The position numbers and the translations under genes are program-made. Shown here in pieces: positions 19,201-25,590 of a stretch of DNA of 25,590 nt. Position 1 is the stretch's first letter, and every line of letters starts with the position of its first letter. This DNA comes from Armatimonadota bacterium. Its GTDB lineage: Bacteria > Armatimonadota > Hebobacteria > CAIYQO01. The stretch is taken from the NCBI GenBank assembly GCA_038248345.1, contig JBBRXO010000028.1, forward strand, positions 1-25,590, in the 5' to 3' direction. The notes under the pieces are model-generated. The model was not told where the DNA came from and made no database searches. It saw only the letters and a list, made by a program, of their open reading frames with translations.

Positions 19201-20600
19201 GTGTGCTGATCGTCAATGGTATGCATTCCGAGGTTTACGATGTGACTTCTGGCTTACCCCACGATTGGAATATCACGAATCTGTTTGCCGGGCGGGATCC
19301 TGACCAGTATATAAAACAATACCCAGAGCGGTTGGAGCAGCTTTACGCTTACCATGCTGTCGTATTGGTGAATGTAGATGCTGGCGCACTAGGATACGAA
19401 AAACGGCGGCAACTGAAGCAGTTTATAGCCAGCGGTGGTGGTCTATTCATCCTGGGTGGTATGCATTCCCTCGGACAGGGGCAGTTTAAGAATACCTTCC
19501 TGGAAGATATGATGCCCGTGGAAGTCGCTCCAGCGCGTGACATTAAACAGGCAGATAAGCCCTTGCAGCTACTCCCGGCGAAAGAAGGATTGGCAAAGTC
19601 ATTACCTGCGGATACATGGAAAGAGGCGCCAGCCTTCCTCTACTGGCGGCATGTCGTTAATCCCAAACAGGATTCCGTGGTACACCTTTATGCAGGTACA
19701 GAACCGGTCTTATTAACCAATAGGTATCAACTGGGACGGGTCGCTGTCTTCACAGGTACTGTGTTAGGTGAGCCGGTAGGCAAAGAACAGCCCTTCTGGA
19801 AATGGAGCGGTTGGCCGCTGCTGGCAAATGCAACCATGAAGTGGGCAGTAGAGGGAGAGGCAGTTACTACCAAAAAACTAGTGCTTGAGGCACCAGTTTC
19901 ACTAGCGCCAGGAGTCAATACCTTTGTAATTAATGTAAATGGCAAAGTGACCACGGAAGATGCAACCTGGACAATTACCCCGGATGTGACACCACACCCC
20001 ACCGGCAACGGACGTGTGATCACTTTTCCGGCGGCAGCAACTCCGGTTAAATATTCCATCTCAGTGACGTGCAATGGCGAAACAGCCCACCCGATCGTCG
20101 TCTGTGTTTCAATCCCTTATGTAACGGCTACTAAAGTCGATATTGGTACAGCCGAGACAAAAGGAGCAGAATATCGGCAGGGGATGTGGTTTACCGTAGG
20201 CACTGAGCCGATTACTGTCACCCACCTGGGACGAATTGCCCAGGGCACAGGGATAGAAAATGGAGAAATAAAGCCCATAGCAACAATGACTGGCACCCAT
20301 AATATGAGACTGTATTCAAAAAATGGTGATGCAGTTCGTGCTGTTGTTGATCTTACCATGACTACTGGTATATTGGTGGGCGATTTCAAATATGCAGCGC
20401 TGTTGAAGCCAGTAACACTCGCTGCAAATACTGACTACTATATCGATTCACAGGAACACACCGATGGCGACGCGTATTATCAGGTGCCTACGACGGTTAC
20501 TACGACAGCGGTCGCAGTGGTTAAAGGTGACCAATATAGCGGTAACTGTTCCGCTAATACGAATAAAACCCGTGGTCCGGTGAGCTTCCTCTATTTTTAA
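16281..20600 (+). CDS. Large secreted modular protein: putative GH TIM-barrel (GH66-like) with CBM-like, glutamine-amidotransferase-like and DUF4082-like domains
   Basis: Signal peptide; NGIRSITY, KHPDW, FGWDGVRFDGH; VVLVNVDA...FIASGGGLFILGGMHSLGQG...GRVAVF; C-terminal GMWFTVG..ITVTHLG...PVTLAANTDYYI. The ORF is certain, domain names are tentative. Confidence 0.7.
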   Translation: MISYFNRLFYLITGLLLALSMPQLLRAEEVKIAGRVATKVVATGPNGGIASVREPNALPGRYRVVYEVGVMPDAPSDNRHFNVVIEAAGVGRYAMTDYYKVNFPADGSPLTITREFELSKPTPFYSSLNWWVGIDSMTMLVYSSKLERIDKGAALLGFQARKLLYTPGEKAFVDAIVANGTDRHENLTLAVTVMKEFKVLQTLKPVTISLEVGETKTVEVPLPTMRDEYGYSIIGTLSAGETVMDTRSDVFNVADNVWKVALGSATLTINNGGSYKGSHETNLQDLAKSRNKYINWWECDFWAPDDWGDLNPKEDHWAGGQTGYLESGPTLKEFIRLAKANGIRSITYGKHNACAQSGWELARKHPDWFYMDQLGQPYGVYDAWALQNWNAPERFTSTAFQQKFKPYPWYYLYANFTRIDVLDYGIDQMALSAKNFGWDGVRFDGHWSAGNDDMSTRNIQRMKERIWAVHPNFLFGYNDNTPHTASTEYLTSKEYLERSAGYGHMMNEQIRNYSSTADGLRYSTWSAYAEGMLADVAIIRKNGATYHCILDNRDNYYKYVLCTVAGGHTVYGDHLTAPGSPNWGRFLTQWSGPVWDVMLKGVPAEDRVEVKANSPIWWDKWITERPVDNKTYQRIVHLIVPPGVDKIPDSKRSDPVTNVVVRTKIAKIGTLSGAYLLDTDTSDEPTKLAVTMDGEWAQVTVPKVTGWSMIVWEFSGNYIRTAAPANITGRPDPAKITEAEKMTAKPAPKDPLHPNEDPTGAGATILKEAESLPAADDNALIIEDKDASNGNARRLDGLCAGRSSPFGHNAYVSIPAGHYRASYRIKIEDKNKDTKMHLYASWKVKDVDAITQIVNIVPADFKESNVYQDFNFDFDFPGDVTLYLSGGWNGSGKPGALIVDYTTLKLLEIYSDVKVEEARKNKDKPLRTDLVPGVVTDPELFNDMDAPADATPAEKKTILPQHPKRDAFTAAPVRVLIVNGMHSEVYDVTSGLPHDWNITNLFAGRDPDQYIKQYPERLEQLYAYHAVVLVNVDAGALGYEKRRQLKQFIASGGGLFILGGMHSLGQGQFKNTFLEDMMPVEVAPARDIKQADKPLQLLPAKEGLAKSLPADTWKEAPAFLYWRHVVNPKQDSVVHLYAGTEPVLLTNRYQLGRVAVFTGTVLGEPVGKEQPFWKWSGWPLLANATMKWAVEGEAVTTKKLVLEAPVSLAPGVNTFVINVNGKVTTEDATWTITPDVTPHPTGNGRVITFPAAATPVKYSISVTCNGETAHPIVVCVSIPYVTATKVDIGTAETKGAEYRQGMWFTVGTEPITVTHLGRIAQGTGIENGEIKPIATMTGTHNMRLYSKNGDAVRAVVDLTMTTGILVGDFKYAALLKPVTLAANTDYYIDSQEHTDGDAYYQVPTTVTTTAVAVVKGDQYSGNCSANTNKTRGPVSFLYF

Positions 20601-20638
20601 GAGAGTAGTGGCACCTGAGAGAGGAAAGGAGTATAAAA

Positions 20639-23600
20639 ATGAGTAATCTCGCACGTAGTATCAGGATTTTAAATCCAAAGCTATCATCATTGCTAATATT
20701 AGTATTGATGTGTACGATGCTAATCATCAGCGGCACCCGGGGGAGTTGCCAGGCGGGCGATGCGCCTGCGCCAGCCAGCGCGCTCTTTATTATTGGATCG
20801 GGGAGTACTATCGATTCTGAAGTGGTGAAAGCACTGCAGGCCCAGGGAATTCAGACGCAAGCCGTCAGTGAGACCGAGCCGCTAACTGCAGAGTATCTGC
20901 GTCAGTTTGCCACAGTTGTTCTTGTTAGTATCGACAGTTACGACGGCGGTGGTTATTATGCGCCGGGTGGTTCACTGCTCGCCAATACGGTGAAAAACAT
21001 CGATCTCGTTCATCAATATGTCGCTGATGGTGGCGGTGTTATTGTGGTACCCCACATCGGGGGATATGAAGGAGCGGCCACCTATGCAAACATCCTCAAA
21101 CCCTGGAAAATGAAAATTGCCTGTGAGACGATACGTGACCCAGAGCATCAGCTTAGTGCAGATTCGGTTTATCGCTGGACAAAAAATGTCACCGACAATC
21201 CAATAACCGAAGGAGTAAAATCCCTGTTATACCCTACCACTAGCTTCCGCTGGGATGATCAATATGGGTCTTACCCCTTACTTCCAGGCGATCCTGCGTG
21301 GACAGTGCTGGTGCGCGGTGAGAATTCCAGCCAGGGTATGCGCAGTTTACAGGCTAATACCTGGGAAAAAGGCGATGGAGGTGTTGCGCCGGCAATGGCT
21401 GCCGTGCGTACTGCGGGTAAGGGTCGGGTAGCCGTATTCGGGTTGAGTTCAATATACTTGGTCACCAACTCATTCTCGAAGGGTTATCAGGTTGGGGAGA
21501 TGACCACCGGACCCCTTGAAGGTATCGTCTATCGTGATGGCGATGGCAAAACCACCAGTGACTGGGGTAAATTATTCGCCAACGCTATTCACTGGACAGC
21601 TGCGGCAGGAGTGAAAGCAGGATTTGGGGGCAAGCCAGAACCATGGGTCACCAAACTGCCGTATCTGACATGGGCCCAGTTGCCGAATAACCCGGTGCCG
21701 GACTTTGCGGTAATTGATTGGAAAGCACAACCAACACTTCCGTCCTGGGCTACCCATACTTGTCGTCCAGTAGCCTGGCGTGGCCGGTATTTCTTCGATG
21801 ATATTCCTGATCCACGGGTAACCGCACCGCAGCAAATGAATCGTGTTTTGATCGGTGCACGCTCTACCTATTCAGATGGTAGCGGTACTGTTGCTGAATG
21901 GGCTGCGGCCACAAAAGCCGCTGGATATAGCGTCCTGGTATTCACCGAACGTTTCGAGAATTTTACCCCGGCGAAATGGGAGAAATTCATTGCAGAATGT
22001 CAGGATAACAGTACGGATGATTTCGTCTGTCTGCAGGGGCTGGATATAGCTGATTCATACGGGAATCGATTCCTGATTATGGGCAATGAAAACTTCCCGA
22101 CTCCCAAGATATTAACAGCAGATGGAAAAGCGCTGCAGGAGACGCAGCGGCTGTCGTTGGGTTTTGCCCGGCAGATCGTGGCGCTACATCGTCCGGGAAC
22201 CTCGGCGTTGAACCCGGAACTCGCACGCCATTTTCAGGCTATATCGGTATACACATATGCAAATAAAGAGAATGGCAATTACGGCGTTGTCGATGATGGT
22301 TACCCTGCCTATCAGTGGCAGTTGAAAAGTTCCAGCAATCCAGTGCCGATTGTGGTGCATGAATTGACAGCGCCCAATGATGTAGCGACTAAAGGGACAC
22401 TGGGATTCCAATTGATAATTCCATCGCAGAATGCATATGATACGGCGCAGTATTTCCGTGCGGGGATTGGGCATTTCTTTGAAGATCCGCAACGCTATTT
22501 CATTACTGAAGGCCCTATCATTGATAGTTGGTCGATATTCAACCGTGAGATCGGTTTGCCGGAATTGAATCGCGATCATTTCCGCGCCCAGGTCGGCGCC
22601 TCCTCGCCCGACCCGGCGACAACCATCAGCAATGTCGTTCTATATGACCGGGATAGTATTGCCCGCCGCTGGACGCCCAATACAGTTCACTTTAGTGAGA
22701 CCGTCGATGGCGAACATGGGTATCAACGTTACTACATGATGGTCGTAACCGATAGCAAAGGTAGACGTGCGATCAGCCCGCACCTGCGCACTGTAGATCA
22801 GGGATACTATACTCGTTGCGGCGATCGGCAGAATTTCTTTGGAGCAGCGTTGCAGTATACCGGTATCTGGCCAGGTTCTACGAGTACAACGTTCTTTCAA
22901 CCGGCAATGCCCGTTGCTGGCTATGGCGAAGTTATGCGCCCATATGGTGGTGCCATACCGGGTAATAACATGGCGAATAAATTGCAGTTACCCTTCGCCA
23001 GCAACTCCGTCACCTTCACTGACATGGTGATTGATGAACGCTACCGCACAACTACGCAATACGGTATGGACGCCTGGCAACTCCACAACACTGTACCCAA
23101 TCGCACCTATGAGTTGCGTGCAACCGTCAGCAAATGGCACGACATGCCTACCGGCATCGAAAAGAACGATGATCTCTTCAAAGAGCTTTCCGGTGTAGAT
23201 GTAACCATGCGCTCGCGTATGCCAATTCAGCCGACGAATGCACTTTTTCCGGTGATACTGACTACTGGTGGGAGCGAATACCAATACTTCCAGGATGGCA
23301 AGATGATTATCGGCAAGTTGGACGGGAAAGCTGAGACTATCCTCGATCTACCCGCAGGTACTTCAATGGGCATTATCCTGCTATTAACTCCGATGGCGGT
23401 ATCGGGTAAAGGCGAGATCGGTTGGCGCGCCGATACCAATCAACTCGTCCCAGCATGGTCAGAATGGAAGACCAGCTATATGTACGTACCATTAGCCTGG
23501 CGCTCCACTTTGGGGGCAGATGGCCCGACCCCCTGGAGTATGAATATGGCTCAGGGGAAACTAAATAGCACCTTAGGATGTGTTAATCTGATAGCTGAAC

Positions 23601-24106
23601 GCAATGGCGTTAGCGGTACGCTGAAAGCGGGCGGAGAAGTGAAAAACCTGCCGTTACGCGTCAGTGGGCTTAATGCGAATTGGCCAGCTGCGCTCTGGAC
23701 TCCCGGAAAACACCTTATGTCGCACACGGCAGGCGGTAGCGCGGTGCCTCGGCAGATGGTCGATGTGACGACATTCCCGGGATTATTACCACGCACGACC
23801 TTCCTGAACCATATCGGTGTATATGAAGGTATTGGATATGCCTCGCTGGACAACACAGCAGACACATCTTTTTACGTAGGAAATACCCTGATGTCATCGA
23901 ACCCCGCCATAATTCTGGCCCATACAATATGGACCAGGGATGAGGCTGGTATCGAGGTGAATAACCCCACAAATGCACCGGTGAGCACCCATATCTCCAG
24001 TCCGGCGGAGATCACCGACTACTGTCATATCGATTGTACAGTGACAGTACCAGCCGGAACTACCATACGCTTGAAATTCATGGTGGAAAAGGACGCCAAA
24101 AAGTAA
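20639..24106 (+). CDS. Large secreted protein: GATase-like (DUF4350/IFT52-type) domain + degenerate PHP-like domain + beta-rich C-terminus
   Basis: Signal peptide; YVADGGGVIV, NPITEGVKSL, GKGRVAVF; VLIGARSTYSDGSGTVAEWAAATKAAGYSVLVFTE resembles the PHP N-terminus; FITEGPII ends it. SD AGGAG. Confidence 0.65.
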   Translation: MSNLARSIRILNPKLSSLLILVLMCTMLIISGTRGSCQAGDAPAPASALFIIGSGSTIDSEVVKALQAQGIQTQAVSETEPLTAEYLRQFATVVLVSIDSYDGGGYYAPGGSLLANTVKNIDLVHQYVADGGGVIVVPHIGGYEGAATYANILKPWKMKIACETIRDPEHQLSADSVYRWTKNVTDNPITEGVKSLLYPTTSFRWDDQYGSYPLLPGDPAWTVLVRGENSSQGMRSLQANTWEKGDGGVAPAMAAVRTAGKGRVAVFGLSSIYLVTNSFSKGYQVGEMTTGPLEGIVYRDGDGKTTSDWGKLFANAIHWTAAAGVKAGFGGKPEPWVTKLPYLTWAQLPNNPVPDFAVIDWKAQPTLPSWATHTCRPVAWRGRYFFDDIPDPRVTAPQQMNRVLIGARSTYSDGSGTVAEWAAATKAAGYSVLVFTERFENFTPAKWEKFIAECQDNSTDDFVCLQGLDIADSYGNRFLIMGNENFPTPKILTADGKALQETQRLSLGFARQIVALHRPGTSALNPELARHFQAISVYTYANKENGNYGVVDDGYPAYQWQLKSSSNPVPIVVHELTAPNDVATKGTLGFQLIIPSQNAYDTAQYFRAGIGHFFEDPQRYFITEGPIIDSWSIFNREIGLPELNRDHFRAQVGASSPDPATTISNVVLYDRDSIARRWTPNTVHFSETVDGEHGYQRYYMMVVTDSKGRRAISPHLRTVDQGYYTRCGDRQNFFGAALQYTGIWPGSTSTTFFQPAMPVAGYGEVMRPYGGAIPGNNMANKLQLPFASNSVTFTDMVIDERYRTTTQYGMDAWQLHNTVPNRTYELRATVSKWHDMPTGIEKNDDLFKELSGVDVTMRSRMPIQPTNALFPVILTTGGSEYQYFQDGKMIIGKLDGKAETILDLPAGTSMGIILLLTPMAVSGKGEIGWRADTNQLVPAWSEWKTSYMYVPLAWRSTLGADGPTPWSMNMAQGKLNSTLGCVNLIAERNGVSGTLKAGGEVKNLPLRVSGLNANWPAALWTPGKHLMSHTAGGSAVPRQMVDVTTFPGLLPRTTFLNHIGVYEGIGYASLDNTADTSFYVGNTLMSSNPAIILAHTIWTRDEAGIEVNNPTNAPVSTHISSPAEITDYCHIDCTVTVPAGTTIRLKFMVEKDAKK

Positions 24107-24135
24107 TGCTGTAGGCTACAAATGGCATAAAGCAA

Positions 24136-24173
24136 TTGCGCGTGCGTTGAGATGGTGCTCTGCGCACGCGCAA
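24136..24173 (+). terminator. GC-rich stem-loop after the secreted-protein operon
   Basis: TTGCGCGTGCG (24136-24146) pairs with CGCACGCGCAA (24163-24173); inner GAG/CTC; poor U-tract. Confidence 0.55.
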
Positions 24174-24175
24174 CC

Positions 24176-24204
24176 TTGTCACTGTGTAGGAAACATCTTA
24201 TAAT
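24176..24204 (+). promoter_or_regulatory. Near-consensus sigma70 promoter of GH39
   Basis: TTGTCA (24176-24181), 17 bp, TATAAT (24199-24204), then SD AGGAG. Confidence 0.75.
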
Positions 24205-24227
24205 GCCAGCGAACAGGAGAAATGACT

Positions 24228-25590
24228 ATGACACCAATTTTAATTGATGCGCTATCATCCGGGAACCCATATGATGCTTATTGGAAGCGCATGATCTGCA
24301 TGGATCGCGCCGGGTTGAGCTTGCGGGCGGATGTGCGCGAGCATCTGGCGCAGGCGGTGCGCGATTGCGGCTTTGAGACAGTACGCCAGCATGGCGTTTT
24401 TCATGACGATATGTTCGTCTGGTACGAGAAAGAGAAGCCGTGCAACATGCAGTACGTCTTCTCCAATTTCGATTATTATCTTTCCCTGGGGGTGCGGCCT
24501 TTTGTGGAGTTGAGTTTCCTGCCGCGCTGGATGGCCAGTGATGACAAAACTGTCTTTACCTCCAAGTGCCCGGCTTGCCCGCCCAGTGATTTGCATGACT
24601 GGCACACGCTGGTGCAGACTTTCGTTACCGCCCTGGTCGGGCGCTATGGGCTTGATGAAGTGAAGAGTTGGAATTTCGAGGTTTGGAATGAGCCGAATAT
24701 CCCCTTCTGGTCAGGCACGCAGGCGCAATACTTCGAGCTGTATCGCTCCAGTGTGGATGCCGTAAAATCGGTCGACGCCAGCCTGCGTATCGGGGGGCCA
24801 GCGACGGCAAATTTTACCCCGGATGCCAACGGCGTGTATCGTCCCTGCTGGGTGGAAGAGTTTATGGTGTTTTGTGCGGCCAATGACCTGCCCGCTGACT
24901 TCATCTCCACGCATCCGTACCCTACCGATTTCCCCTTTGACGAGGGTACGAAGAGCTATCGGCAATTGGTGCGCGATCGTCATGCAACCTTCGAGGATAT
25001 GACACTGCTGCGTCAAATGGTGGATGCTGGCCCATTCCCCGATGCAGAGATCCATTGTAATGAATGGGGAACTTCACCGGGGGTGCGTGACCGTACCCAT
25101 GACCACGTCTTCAGCGCCACCTTCCACCTGGAGAATCTCCTGCGCAGCCTCGGTCTGGTAGATTCGCTGGCACGGTGGAATCTCTCGGATATCTCCGAAG
25201 AGCGCGAGCCGGGATTAAGCGAATTCCATGGCGGGTGGGGGATTCAGACGATTCATGGGTTAAAAAAACCTGACTACCACGCCTACTCTTTCCTCAATCG
25301 TTGTGGGGGAACTTTACTCTATAACGACTGGCGCGAAGGCGTGGCCGTCTTCCGTGGTGTGCAGGGGTGGCAGGTGTTGCTCTATAACCATCATCCCTAT
25401 GCAGCAGCGGAGGGCGACTGGGAGACACTGGAGGGTGTCGAGCGAATGATCGGACCGGGAGCGGCACGTACTATTTCACTTCAGCTCAACAACCTGCCGC
25501 CGCGCGTACGGGTGACCAGCTCGCTGGTTGATCGGGATAATGGCTGGGTTCAGCGTGCCTGGCAGGAGCTTGGCTCCCCGGACTTCCCCA
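24228..25590 (+). CDS. Glycoside hydrolase family 39 (beta-xylosidase-like), 3' end outside window
   Basis: Not in the ORF track; hand translation MTPILIDA...CGFETVRQHGVFHDDM...GVRPFVELSFLP...RYGLDEVKSWNFEVWNEPN (acid/base)...DFISTHPYPTD...IHCNEWGTSP (nucleophile)...FHGGWG...GLKKP. Alternative start ATG 24222. Confidence 0.95.
   Translation, partial: MTPILIDALSSGNPYDAYWKRMICMDRAGLSLRADVREHLAQAVRDCGFETVRQHGVFHDDMFVWYEKEKPCNMQYVFSNFDYYLSLGVRPFVELSFLPRWMASDDKTVFTSKCPACPPSDLHDWHTLVQTFVTALVGRYGLDEVKSWNFEVWNEPNIPFWSGTQAQYFELYRSSVDAVKSVDASLRIGGPATANFTPDANGVYRPCWVEEFMVFCAANDLPADFISTHPYPTDFPFDEGTKSYRQLVRDRHATFEDMTLLRQMVDAGPFPDAEIHCNEWGTSPGVRDRTHDHVFSATFHLENLLRSLGLVDSLARWNLSDISEEREPGLSEFHGGWGIQTIHGLKKPDYHAYSFLNRCGGTLLYNDWREGVAVFRGVQGWQVLLYNHHPYAAAEGDWETLEGVERMIGPGAARTISLQLNNLPPRVRVTSSLVDRDNGWVQRAWQELGSPDFP

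Noticed and set aside
24255..25055. Short track ORFs at the right end
   Set aside because: They overlap the GH39 frame, which the track missed because it has no stop in the window.
1..25590. CRISPR array, tRNA/rRNA, reverse transcriptase or DGR repeats
   Set aside because: No regularly spaced repeats, cloverleaf or RT motifs were seen by eye; a covariance-model and self-alignment search would be needed to exclude weak cases.

Overview
The window has two parts. Bases 1-~4500 are a decayed mobile-element patchwork, mostly on the minus strand. It holds a large serine recombinase (open at the window edge), a DUF2924 gene and a small partner ORF, then a three-gene myophage/contractile tail fragment (LysM/tail-X-like, tube-initiator-like, 5'-truncated tape measure). 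The tape measure is fused in frame to an IS4/IS50-type transposase remnant, followed by a further gene scrap and an att-arm-like repeat plus hairpin. Bases ~4580-25590 are a carbohydrate-utilisation locus: Gfo/Idh/MocA oxidoreductase, GH65-like protein (catalytic motif PDQY instead of PDEY), PfkB kinase, a two-gene ABC importer, GH116, two very large secreted modular proteins and a GH39 (open at the edge). Main signals: (1) the MalG-type permease carries a ~350-aa extracytoplasmic insert built from repeats of a GH42-like helical motif; (2) its partner is a binding protein-permease fusion with a CxxC...CxxxH insert; (3) the ABC operon and the secreted-protein operon share a 35-bp upstream element (31/35 identical) ending in the same -35 box. 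All family calls come from motif recognition by eye; no searches were run.
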